Positions 39,396 through 48,294 of a stretch of DNA of 64,000 bases are shown one piece after another (position 1 is the stretch's first letter; each line of letters starts with the position of its first letter). The DNA comes from Dongiaceae bacterium (GTDB taxonomy: Bacteria > Acidobacteriota > Terriglobia > Acidiferrales > UBA7541): contig DATJZF010000030.1 in the NCBI GenBank assembly GCA_035499255.1, positions 881 through 64,880 on the forward strand, read 5' to 3'. A model generated the notes under the pieces. The model had not been told where the DNA came from. It did no database searches and worked only from the letters and a program-made list of their open reading frames with translations. A program made the position numbers and the translations under genes.

Positions 39396-40571
39396 TCAGT
39401 TGTTCGAGCCGTATTTGCGCATCAGGCGGAATGGACGCCGAACTGTGTCCCAGAACCACGAACGGCGTTCGTGTGTGGTCCCGCCCTGCCAATCTTCCTC
39501 CGTGGACGACAACGAAAGCCGGAAAAGATAGCTCAACCCCCCAAGTCCTCCCTCCGCCATGCTGATACGGTATAGCGCGCGACGCAGTAGGGAAGGCGGA
39601 GTGCCTGCGCCGTAAGGCAACCAAGTTTCAATTTGCGTGCAGAGTTGCTGCGCCGCGCGGTCCCGCAGAACTATTTCGGACAGCACGGCGGGGAACGGCG
39701 CTTTGAGCACCCGCGCTGACAACCAAAGGCTAACGTTGATCATTCGCCGGGCACCGCAATCCACGGCCGATTGCCAAACCGCATGCCAATCGAGCTCCGG
39801 GTGGTTCTTTGCGATGGAAGCGACGTCACATACCCACATGAGGCGTTCCCAGAAGTCCTTGGCGCCGTGGACACAATGAAAAACGACCTCATCCTCCAGG
39901 CTGAGCGCGGGTACCTCGCGTCCGTCAAACGGAAGCATTCGCTTTCTGCGGAACATCGCCTCAATAGGCATCTCCCGGGGGTAGTAACGAAAGGTATGCT
40001 CGGTGTGAATCTCGATCATGCGGTTGGTGCCTGGCCGTTTGAAGACATACTCACCAGGAATCTTCCCAAGGGTAATGGCGCCGTCGGGAACGGAAGCTTC
40101 GAAGCCTTGCGACCGCATTCTTTGGCTTGCAGCCGCAATGTCTTTTTGACGAAGCAGGAGATCGACGTCTCCGAATCCGCGCATTGCCGGATCGCCATAA
40201 CCCACAAAAGCTGTCACCGGTCCCTTAATCACAATTGTTTCCAGACCAGCCGACGAGAAGTCTTCCAACACCCGAAACAATTCTGCGGTCATACTCAGGG
40301 TAAAGAGATGCTGCGCGCGCATCCTCGAATGGAGTTTTTCGCGAACCGCCTCCGGCACGTTTTCAAAGCGCAGCCCTTCTAACCGTTTCGAAAGTACACC
40401 TTGCACCGCGTGTTCTTCAGCGACATCGAGCAGCACGCCCCAATCGAAGACGCCTGTCAAGGCCTGGTGAGCTGTTTCTATGCCGACAAAAGGCGAGACA
40501 AGTGCGCACAAGATTGGCCATTCATTCTTTAGAAATGACGCATCGGATGAAGATGGGAATCGCTGGCGCAA
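39396..40571 (-). CDS. Nucleotidyltransferase family protein (NTP_transf_5-like), lasso-cluster tailoring enzyme
   Basis: VIKGP...YGDPAMRGFGDVDLLL (KG, R and DxD motifs) and IEIH; TTG start with GAAAGG RBS. Confidence 0.85.
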   Translation of the reverse strand: MRQRFPSSSDASFLKNEWPILCALVSPFVGIETAHQALTGVFDWGVLLDVAEEHAVQGVLSKRLEGLRFENVPEAVREKLHSRMRAQHLFTLSMTAELFRVLEDFSSAGLETIVIKGPVTAFVGYGDPAMRGFGDVDLLLRQKDIAAASQRMRSQGFEASVPDGAITLGKIPGEYVFKRPGTNRMIEIHTEHTFRYYPREMPIEAMFRRKRMLPFDGREVPALSLEDEVVFHCVHGAKDFWERLMWVCDVASIAKNHPELDWHAVWQSAVDCGARRMINVSLWLSARVLKAPFPAVLSEIVLRDRAAQQLCTQIETWLPYGAGTPPSLLRRALYRISMAEGGLGGLSYLFRLSLSSTEEDWQGGTTHERRSWFWDTVRRPFRLMRKYGSNN

Positions 40572-40633
40572 AGAGCGTCCTTTCCTCGATTCTCAAGTGT
40601 ACACCGCACGAGGGGAGCGGAATCGAACGCAGG

Positions 40634-41626
40634 CTAACCGGTTACGTGTAATCTTGCGGAGTCTTCCACAATCAGTTCGCAAAGCTGTGTGATTCTTTGG
40701 GGATCGCTGTGTGCGGCCAATTGTCGCACCGGAATCTGCTGTACCAGGTTTCCTAACACGTTGAACTCCTCCGCGCGCTGCTCGCGGTCGAGCAGCCAGT
40801 TCATGTAGGTGTTCTTGACCAGCTCAAGCAAAGCTTCTTTCGCCCGCAGCTCTCGCACGCACGGAGCCTGCGCCGAAGCCGTTCGTTCGCCAAGAACGTA
40901 GATAATTCCGAGGGGCTGCTTCTCCTTCACAAAAGAGGCCCGTGAACCATCCAGTGCCAGATAGGTCTTGCCCCATACCGGTGTAAGCCGAGGCAGCCCC
41001 TCCCTGCTCCCGGTCAGATGCGCGGCCGCATCTGGCCAGAGACATATCCTCGGATAACCCGGCACGGCCCAGAATTGTCCCTTCTTCAATCCCAGAGGCA
41101 CGATATCTTCGCTGATAACGGGAACGCCACGGAGCGCCAGTGCCGCCGCAGTCGTCGACTTCCCGTAACCCGCCTCTCCGCAGAACAGAACAGCACGACC
41201 GTGAAGTTCCACCGCGCTCGCGTGCAGGCAAGTGAATTGGCGCCGCCGCAACAAAAAGCCCATCACCGGCCCGAGAAAGTAAGTGGCCAAGTCTTCTTGT
41301 GTCAGTGGCGGTTCGTATGTTCCCCACACGCGATCGGCCGCGGCGCTCACCACAAAGCGAGTCCCATCTGAGTAGGATAATTCGAAGCAGTTGCGGTCAC
41401 CGTACTCTGTGAGGACGAAGGAAGGATCAGGCGTACGTTCGCCAGCGGGCAAATGTGAAACAACCCGGCCTTGGGAGCATAGGGCCTGCCGCACCCATTC
41501 CGGCTCCGGTCCGCCTTCAACTGTTATTTCCGCATTGGCCGAATAGGCCCCGTTGGGTAAGAGGCCCGGAATGTCGATGTTTGAATTAAGGCTTACGCCG
41601 TAGACTCGGTAGGAGTAATTAATCAC
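40634..41626 (-). CDS. HPr-kinase-like P-loop kinase (lasso peptide kinase-like)
   Basis: LHASAV...GEAGYGKSTTA...ISEDIV; GTG 41626 or TTG 41650 start. Confidence 0.85.
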   Translation of the reverse strand: MINYSYRVYGVSLNSNIDIPGLLPNGAYSANAEITVEGGPEPEWVRQALCSQGRVVSHLPAGERTPDPSFVLTEYGDRNCFELSYSDGTRFVVSAAADRVWGTYEPPLTQEDLATYFLGPVMGFLLRRRQFTCLHASAVELHGRAVLFCGEAGYGKSTTAAALALRGVPVISEDIVPLGLKKGQFWAVPGYPRICLWPDAAAHLTGSREGLPRLTPVWGKTYLALDGSRASFVKEKQPLGIIYVLGERTASAQAPCVRELRAKEALLELVKNTYMNWLLDREQRAEEFNVLGNLVQQIPVRQLAAHSDPQRITQLCELIVEDSARLHVTG

Positions 41627-41667
41627 GTTCCGCGGGGACGAACTGCACAAGCTTCAGTGGTCTCAGC

Positions 41668-41823
41668 TCAGCGACCCGTGCGGCGCTTAAGGAGCTGACT
41701 GCCACCATCGAGATGACCCTTAATGCCGACGTTCTGCGTTAGCTGCGTCAGAGTTCCATAAACCAGCAACTTGGGAGCCTGATAAGGTTTTTTCTTTACT
41801 TGTGTTTCCGACGGCTGCTTCAT
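41668..41823 (-). CDS. Lasso peptide precursor, 51 aa: MKQPSETQVKKKPYQAPKLLVYGTLTQLTQ-NVGIKGHLDGGSQLLKRRTGR
   Basis: Hand-translated; GAGGGG RBS 5 nt before ATG; Y14-P17-L19-G23-T29 leader motif; Asp at core position 9; lies between cyclase and kinase. Confidence 0.9.
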   Translation of the reverse strand: MKQPSETQVKKKPYQAPKLLVYGTLTQLTQNVGIKGHLDGGSQLLKRRTGR

Positions 41824-41845
41824 CCACGCCCCTCAGGAGACAACT

Positions 41846-43690
41846 CTACTTAAACCCCATCCTAAATTCAACGGCTTTCAGCCAAAGCAACAAACTGATA
41901 GGGCGGAGACTATGCCAGCTTAGAGAACCCTCAGGTTCACGTAAAGTTTCGCACCATTTTTGCCAATTTACAAATCTTTCCAGGCTCCCTGTACCCGAGT
42001 CCCCTAACCGCTCAGGCCACCCGGAAGGCAAGCTAGAGTGCCCCAGCGGATCATGGAGCAGCGGGGTCTTGGGCCGGTGAATTACCGCGTCTGGAAGTCT
42101 CGTTTTCATCGCACGACGGCTCAATTCTTTGCGTACGCACCAGGGCAGAGTTGGCAGCCGCAGCAGATACCGAAGCACTCTCAAGTCCAGAAGTGGCGCC
42201 CGCATTTCAAGTGGTGCCCCGATCCATCCTGCATCTTCCATCTCCACAGCACTGGCCCACAAGCCGTCGTGCAACGCGCGGTAAGCCGATGGATGCAGCG
42301 GATGCTCGTCGGCAGGCCGACTTGAGGACTGACACCACCGCTCCCGGATCCTGAGCTTGGCTTCGAACGTGGGGTTCAGCCATCGGGGATATCCTTCAAA
42401 TCTGTCCCTTGGACGAAAAGTTCTTACAAAATTATCGCGCAAGCCGGCGCCTAAAGGGGGAAACTGGCGGTGGCTCCAAAAGTAGCCGCCAAAGTCGTAG
42501 AGCAGCTTTTTCCAGTCTCCCTTGCGCCAAAGCTGCACCAAGTAAGGCCAACTCTGATCGGAGAGAACGTCATCACCTCCGTCGCCACCAAGCACGACGT
42601 TCGAAAATGACGCAATTTTCTCGACCTGCCGTTTGTGTCGAAGGTAGAAGTAGGCCTCGGACGGTTCCGGAAGCGCCCATCCTTGCGAATTCGCTCCCTC
42701 AAACGCGACAAGTTCCCCGCTTGTGAGCAACTCGTGTGGAAGGCCAAGGTGCGTAGCGGTGAGCCCCGCAAATTTTGGCTCCGGGTCATCGAAAACCGGC
42801 TGCCACCCCAGGGTGAACGCCCTTAATTTCTCTCTTGCGCCAGCAGTTCCGGCGATTTCCGCTGCAATGGCACAGACTGAGGCCGAGTCCAGGCCGCCGC
42901 TGAGATAGAGTGATGCAGGTCCCTGTGGAAGCCGATCGCGCACTGCCTCACGGAGTAGTTCCAAATACTGCTGGATGTAATCGTCTTCCTTCGCAAAATG
43001 GATCGGCTCTTCGACGGGGAGTTTGCGAAAGCGGCGCACCTGAATTCCGTCACTTGAGAAATTCAGGATGTGGCCGGAAGGGAGCCTCTTTACGTCTCGG
43101 AAAGCGGTGCGGTCGGGCTCATCGCAAAACCCTTGAGTGAGAAAGTCGGCGATGAACAACTCGTCTAGCGTTGTAGAAACTTCAGGCGCACCGAGAAATA
43201 CACCGAGAGTGTTGCCAAAGTAGAGCACATCTCCGAGATGCGCGTAGTAGAGAGGCCGGGTTCCAATCAAATCACGCGCGCAGGCAAGACGGCGTTCACG
43301 GGCATCCCATAGCCCGAACGAAAAATCGCCGATAAGGTAATCCAGCGCTCTTTCGCCCCAACGATTCCAAGCTAGCAGAAGAAGCTCTTCGCTGGTCTCG
43401 CCCAGGGGCCGTGTCAGGCTGGGTTCGGCGAGATTGGAGCGCAAGTCCGCCTGGGCATCGAGCCGAACATCGCCCCAAAGGAAAAGTCGCTCTCCCAACA
43501 CCAGCGGTTGCTGTTGCAATTGCGATGCGGAACCGGTCCGCATTAAAGTGAAACAGCCACCCACGTCGCTTCCGCTCCAAGTTTGAGTTCCATGCGGACC
43601 GCGGAATGCCAAACGCTCCGCGATGCGCGCGATCAGATCTTCATCAACGCGCTTTCCGTCGAGACGCACCACGCCAAAATAGCCACTCAC
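41846..43690 (-). CDS. Lasso peptide cyclase (asparagine synthetase-like, C protein)
   Basis: LSGGLDS PP-loop, GDGGD and RAPLLD; N-terminus MSG lacks the glutaminase Cys2. Confidence 0.9.
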   Translation of the reverse strand: MSGYFGVVRLDGKRVDEDLIARIAERLAFRGPHGTQTWSGSDVGGCFTLMRTGSASQLQQQPLVLGERLFLWGDVRLDAQADLRSNLAEPSLTRPLGETSEELLLLAWNRWGERALDYLIGDFSFGLWDARERRLACARDLIGTRPLYYAHLGDVLYFGNTLGVFLGAPEVSTTLDELFIADFLTQGFCDEPDRTAFRDVKRLPSGHILNFSSDGIQVRRFRKLPVEEPIHFAKEDDYIQQYLELLREAVRDRLPQGPASLYLSGGLDSASVCAIAAEIAGTAGAREKLRAFTLGWQPVFDDPEPKFAGLTATHLGLPHELLTSGELVAFEGANSQGWALPEPSEAYFYLRHKRQVEKIASFSNVVLGGDGGDDVLSDQSWPYLVQLWRKGDWKKLLYDFGGYFWSHRQFPPLGAGLRDNFVRTFRPRDRFEGYPRWLNPTFEAKLRIRERWCQSSSRPADEHPLHPSAYRALHDGLWASAVEMEDAGWIGAPLEMRAPLLDLRVLRYLLRLPTLPWCVRKELSRRAMKTRLPDAVIHRPKTPLLHDPLGHSSLPSGWPERLGDSGTGSLERFVNWQKWCETLREPEGSLSWHSLRPISLLLWLKAVEFRMGFK

Positions 43691-44148
43691 TGTTTTTCCT
43701 CGGCTAGCGCGGAGAACTCCGATTCAAAAGCGGCGTAGTGGGGGTGCGTCCACTCGCCATGATTCAGGCTTGCACCCTGGAACTCGACCCAGGAGTGTGC
43801 TTCAAATTTCCCATCGGTTTTGCGTACGCCAATTCGCAATGAGGCGGAGATTCCTTCATCCTGAAGCAGGTACCAGAGCACCAAAGACTCTTCCAGGCAG
43901 TTCGGACGAACAACTCCGTAATGTCCGCCAGCTTTAACCATGCGGAGAACTGTGGAGACACTTTCGGAGGCATTCGGGTTGGCTGGCACGGGACGAACGC
44001 GAACCTTTTCCTCCAGAACACCCTTTGTGGTTTTAAAACCTCGCGAGTGGAGTGACCATCGCGTCCAGGGCAGCAAAAGCACGGCGCGCCCAAAAAGTTT
44101 CCGGGCGTTCGAGTCTAGTGCTCTAAACCGCTGGAAAGCTTCCCACAT
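43687..44148 (-). CDS. Lasso peptide leader peptidase B2 (transglutaminase-like)
   Basis: NCLEESL...LRIGV...FEAHSWVE motifs; stop overlaps the cyclase start (GTGA). Confidence 0.92.
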   Translation of the reverse strand: MWEAFQRFRALDSNARKLFGRAVLLLPWTRWSLHSRGFKTTKGVLEEKVRVRPVPANPNASESVSTVLRMVKAGGHYGVVRPNCLEESLVLWYLLQDEGISASLRIGVRKTDGKFEAHSWVEFQGASLNHGEWTHPHYAAFESEFSALAEEKQ

Positions 44149-44428
44149 CGGACGATGCTAGCTTAAGCAGGCCGTTTTCGATGAGCCGCGCCATCAATTC
44201 AGTGAGATTCGCTCGCAACTGCTCAGGTTCCACTTCGAATTCCTGCACCAGCGTGGCATATGCGGCTTCGAGGCTGGCCGCTCGCGTCGCCACTTCCCAC
44301 ATCCGCGTACCGGTGGTATCCAGCCCAAAATACTCCTCGGTGTCAAGATTCAGAAGGACGGCCTCGCCGTCCAGATGGCGGATAAGCACGTGCGCAGGAA
44401 CGACTACGCGGTCCGAAAAGGTGACCAT
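44123..44428 (-). CDS. PqqD family RiPP recognition element (lasso B1)
   Basis: LDGEAVLLNL..EEYFGLD..G.RMW...L.ENGLL pattern. Confidence 0.92.
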   Translation of the reverse strand: MVTFSDRVVVPAHVLIRHLDGEAVLLNLDTEEYFGLDTTGTRMWEVATRAASLEAAYATLVQEFEVEPEQLRANLTELMARLIENGLLKLASSDVGSFPAV

Positions 44429-44585
44429 TCCGAGATCCTTAGACTTCGTTCATGAACTGGGGCGCGCACCGCTTTGCATGCATAGGACACTATCTTACCG
44501 GGGATTGCGGTGAACCGCCACGCGTTCTCCGACACACGATGCTGCCACGTTGTTTTCTAGACTCAGACACGTTATAAACTCGAGA

Positions 44586-45404
44586 GTGCCCGACAACGCA
44601 ATCAGCATCGAATCTCTACACAAATTGTTCCCGCCAATTCAATCGGGTTGGCGCGCCTTTCTTCAGCCTTTTGCGGCCGCCACGTCGCCGGCGCTCTGCA
44701 ACATCAAACTGCAGGTCATGCAGGGCGAAGCCGTTGCACTGCTCGGAACAAATGGAGCGGGAAAGACCACGCTGTTGCGTATTCTGGCCACCCTGCTTCT
44801 GCCCACTCGTGGTTCCGCATGTGTTGCCGGCTATGACGCGGTTCGCGAATCGACGGCCGTGCGCCGTCAGTTAGGCTACCACGCCGGCTCGGACCTCGGC
44901 TTTTACGCCCGGCTCACGGGACGCGAGAATCTGCGTTTTTTCGGCCGCCTGAATCATCTCGCCGATGCCTACTTGCGCCGCCGTATCCCGGAAATGGCGG
45001 AACGTTTTGCCCTGCAAAATGCCCTCGACCGGCAGGTGCGGGCTCTTTCCGCCGGAACCATCCAGCGTCTCAGCTTACTTCGCGCCATCATGCATGAACC
45101 GAAAGTGCTCTTGCTGGATGAACCTACCCGCAGCCTAGACGCCATCGCCGCCGCCGATTTTCGCGGGTTCATCAAATCTGAAGTTCTGGGAAAACAGGGC
45201 GCGTCGCTGCTCTTTGCATCCCATGCGCTGTCCGAAATTGAGTTTCTTGCGGACCGCGTGGCGGTTCTGAACGAAGGCCACCTTGTGGCTTTCGACACCC
45301 CCGGCAATCTCAAAGCGCGCACGCACGTGAGTACCCTCGAAGAGGCTTTCTGCCGACTCACTGGCCACAGTGCACATGCGCTCGAGGACCCTGTACAGTC
45401 ATGA
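44586..45404 (+). CDS. ABC transporter ATP-binding protein
   Basis: GTNGAGKTT, LSAG, LLLDEPT and SH motifs; GTG 44586 preferred over TTG 44550. Confidence 0.93.
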   Translation: MPDNAISIESLHKLFPPIQSGWRAFLQPFAAATSPALCNIKLQVMQGEAVALLGTNGAGKTTLLRILATLLLPTRGSACVAGYDAVRESTAVRRQLGYHAGSDLGFYARLTGRENLRFFGRLNHLADAYLRRRIPEMAERFALQNALDRQVRALSAGTIQRLSLLRAIMHEPKVLLLDEPTRSLDAIAAADFRGFIKSEVLGKQGASLLFASHALSEIEFLADRVAVLNEGHLVAFDTPGNLKARTHVSTLEEAFCRLTGHSAHALEDPVQS

Positions 45405-46216
45405 TGCGAATACTGCGGGATCTTTTCCTTTTCGTCGAACGAGACCTGCGGGTGGCCAGTACCTATCGCAGCCCGTTTGTTATCGAGATCATTGAAGCGC
45501 TATTTACCGCCGCAACTTTCTACTACGTTGCACGCTTCGTGGATTCACCACAACTTCGGCAAACGCTTCCGCAGGGCACCAGTTATTTCGCTTATACGCT
45601 GGTGGGCTTTATTTTTTTCGATTATCTTCATGCGGCAATCGATTCGTTTGACCACAGTCTGCAGGAAGCGCGAGACTCCGGGACCCTTGAGCCGCTGCTA
45701 GTGACACAGGTGCCTCTTCCGGTCGTCATGGCAGGGTCGTCTTTGTATACATTTCTCGCGACAACGGTGAGAATCGCTGTGTACCTCGCTTGGGGAACCC
45801 TGCTCTTCGGTTTCCCCTTGCGTTCGGCGAATTGGCTCACGGTGATCACGGTGCTGGGCATCTCTTTACTGGCGTTTTCGGGACTGGGCATCTTGTCCGC
45901 TGCCTACCTGCTGCTGTTCAAACGCGGCAACCCGTCCAAGTGGTTTGTACTCAGTGTTTCGAGCGTCACGGGAGGCATGCTCTTCCCTGTCAGCATCCTA
46001 CCCGGCTGGCTGCAGTTTATCGCCAAGCTGAATCCGGTCACATACGCACTGGATGCGACGCGCAGCGCACTGCTCGATGGCGCGGGAATAATCCACGTGG
46101 TGCGGCCTCTCTCCATTCTCGCGGCGTTCGCGTTGGTTCTGTTGCCCTTATCCATCGCCTGTTTTTCGTGGGCATTGCGCCGCACGAAGATTACCGGCAC
46201 CCTGTCGCATCGTTAG
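45401..46216 (+). CDS. ABC-2 type transporter permease
   Basis: About 6 TM helices, GTLEPLL and FPVSILPGWLQ...NPVTY motifs. Confidence 0.92.
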   Translation: MMRILRDLFLFVERDLRVASTYRSPFVIEIIEALFTAATFYYVARFVDSPQLRQTLPQGTSYFAYTLVGFIFFDYLHAAIDSFDHSLQEARDSGTLEPLLVTQVPLPVVMAGSSLYTFLATTVRIAVYLAWGTLLFGFPLRSANWLTVITVLGISLLAFSGLGILSAAYLLLFKRGNPSKWFVLSVSSVTGGMLFPVSILPGWLQFIAKLNPVTYALDATRSALLDGAGIIHVVRPLSILAAFALVLLPLSIACFSWALRRTKITGTLSHR

Positions 46217-46230
46217 TGAATAACGTTATA

Positions 46231-46272
46231 AAAAGAAACCGGCCCGGGAGGCGCCCAGGCCGGCTTCGATTT
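46231..46272. terminator. Probable bidirectional terminator
   Basis: AAAAGAAACCGGCCCGGG...CCCAGGCCGGCTTC hairpin between convergent genes. Confidence 0.6.
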
Positions 46273-46290
46273 CTCTCAGATGAGAAACGC

Positions 46291-47439
46291 CTAAGGCTTC
46301 TTTTTCTTCGTTGTGCCGACCTTCGTTTCGATGCCGCCGGTCAGCTGATTCAGCTGCTCGAGTCCCTGCTTCGCCTGTGCGCCGATCGCGCCGTTCGGAT
46401 CCAATTCAATCGCCTTCTGGAAGGCTTCCGCCGTGCCCGGTGTCGGGGTGACGGTGATCTTGTCGCCCTGCGTCTTGTAAATACTCGGATCGGCGACCAT
46501 GCAGGTGCCCAGCAAGTACCAGCCTTGGGCGTTCTTGGGGTCGATCTCGGTGGCTTTCTTAAGCGGCTCTATGGCTTCCGTCATACGCCCGGCTTGGTAC
46601 AGGCTGATACCGAAGTTACGCCACGCCATTCCGGCATTCGGGGGATCCAGCTCGGCGCTCTTGGTGTATGCGGCCTTGGCTTCATCGACTTTTCCGGCGC
46701 GTGCCAGTGCGTTGCCGAGGTTGTTGTAGTAGCCCGCATTGTCCGGCTTCGCGGCAACAGCCTGCTGGTAGGCATTGATGGCATCGTCGTTCCGGCCGGC
46801 AAGGTCATATGCTTCACCCATGCGCGCCCAAAACAGATGTTGATTGTTGTCCTTTTCCGGGGCAGATTTCTGCGCTTCCTGAAATTCCGCAACGGCCTGG
46901 TTCGACAAATCGGTGACTTTGGCCTTAGCAGCCTCCCGCTGGTCTGCGGTGGCTTTGCCGAGTTCCGCCTTTGCGGTACGCTCCTGCTCCAACAGGGCCA
47001 TCCCCTTGTCGAAGTGTTGCTTCATACCGGTGAACTTCTGCTGGGCCTCCTGGTTCTTCTTCATCTGCGCGAGGGCTTCAGGGTTCTGCTTCTCAAGAAT
47101 GTCTTTGAAGTTCAGGTTTACCGCCGGACTCTCCGCTCCGTGCACCTCGGTGATCGCCTCAAAAGGCTGTGCGAGTTGTGGAGGACGAACGCTAATGCTG
47201 TACTTACCGTTGCGCAAGCCTGTGAACTGGAATTTTCCATTGGCATCGGTTTTGGTCTCTTGTACCGCGCCCTGGTCGCTTTTGATCTGAATCGGAACCC
47301 CTGCCCACGGTTTACCGTCGAAATCACTGATCATGCCGGCAATCTTTCCTTCTTGTGCTGCCGCGCGGGGAGCGAGCCAGGGTGCCAGCCCCAGCATCAA
47401 CATCGCGACGAGCGCGTACGATTTCAAAAATTTCGCCAT
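46291..47439 (-). CDS. Exported protein with carboxypeptidase-regulatory-like domain and TPR repeats
   Basis: Signal peptide, KTDANGKFQFTGL and TPR repeats (YNNLGNAL...A..LDP); ATG 47439. Confidence 0.88.
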   Translation of the reverse strand: MAKFLKSYALVAMLMLGLAPWLAPRAAAQEGKIAGMISDFDGKPWAGVPIQIKSDQGAVQETKTDANGKFQFTGLRNGKYSISVRPPQLAQPFEAITEVHGAESPAVNLNFKDILEKQNPEALAQMKKNQEAQQKFTGMKQHFDKGMALLEQERTAKAELGKATADQREAAKAKVTDLSNQAVAEFQEAQKSAPEKDNNQHLFWARMGEAYDLAGRNDDAINAYQQAVAAKPDNAGYYNNLGNALARAGKVDEAKAAYTKSAELDPPNAGMAWRNFGISLYQAGRMTEAIEPLKKATEIDPKNAQGWYLLGTCMVADPSIYKTQGDKITVTPTPGTAEAFQKAIELDPNGAIGAQAKQGLEQLNQLTGGIETKVGTTKKKKP

Positions 47440-47544
47440 GCTCCATTCTCCTTTTGTCGTTGAGGAGCGCCGGCCCCGGTTCACTGGCCGGTGTGTCCCC
47501 ATTATCGCTCAATCGTTACAGATTCCAATGTGTTTGGTGGCCAT

Positions 47545-48261
47545 TCACATGCCGCTTGCGGCGTGCTCCCGGTACCGAATTGGATCTGCCATTCCTGCTT
47601 CTCCAAACGCCCGGAGTCGCAACAAACAACTGTCGCACTTGCCGCAGGCCGCCGTTTGTCCCTGATAGCAGGACCACGTAAGGTGCAACGGCGCCCCCAG
47701 TTCTCTGCCCCGCCGGATGATTTCACTCTTCTTCATCGCGATTACCGGCGTGACCATCTCGATATCCGTTTCGGGCTTGGTGCCAACCCGAATTAGTTCC
47801 TGGAACACGCGGTAATACTCGGGCCGGCAATCGGGATAGCCGGAGCTGTCTTCGGCAACCGCACCGATGTAAATCGCCTGCGCGCCGATCGCTTCGGCCC
47901 AGCTCACTCCGACACTCAGAAAGTGAGCATTGCGAAAGGGCACGTAAGTTACCGGGATGGCACTGCCCCCCGGCCCGGGCTCGCCCAGTTCATTCTCCGG
48001 TATCTCGATACTCTTGTCTGTGAGCGCCGACCCGCCAATAGTCCGGAAGTGATCCAGCTTCACGACGAGCCTCTGGCGAACCCCGTAAAAATCGGCAATC
48101 GCGTCAAAGGCTTCCCGTTCGCGGGATTCGGTGCGCTGGCCATACATGGCATGCAGAAGAGCCACATTTCCGGGACCGTGCCGCTCGCGAGCAATCGCCG
48201 TACACACGCAAGAATCCATCCCGCCGCTCAGCAGTACCACCGCTTTTCTTGAATCCGTCAT
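47545..48261 (-). CDS. queC: 7-cyano-7-deazaguanine synthase
   Basis: LSGGMDS, YVPFRN, YPDCR and TWSCY...CGKCDSC motifs. Confidence 0.97.
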   Translation of the reverse strand: MTDSRKAVVLLSGGMDSCVCTAIARERHGPGNVALLHAMYGQRTESREREAFDAIADFYGVRQRLVVKLDHFRTIGGSALTDKSIEIPENELGEPGPGGSAIPVTYVPFRNAHFLSVGVSWAEAIGAQAIYIGAVAEDSSGYPDCRPEYYRVFQELIRVGTKPETDIEMVTPVIAMKKSEIIRRGRELGAPLHLTWSCYQGQTAACGKCDSCLLRLRAFGEAGMADPIRYREHAASGM

Positions 48262-48294
48262 GGCTATCCGTTGATCTCGCCTAGTGGTCTAGGG

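Noticed and set aside
41846-43690. Ordinary asparagine synthetase AsnB
   Set aside because: Lacks the N-terminal catalytic Cys and is translationally coupled to B2/RRE genes next to a lasso precursor.
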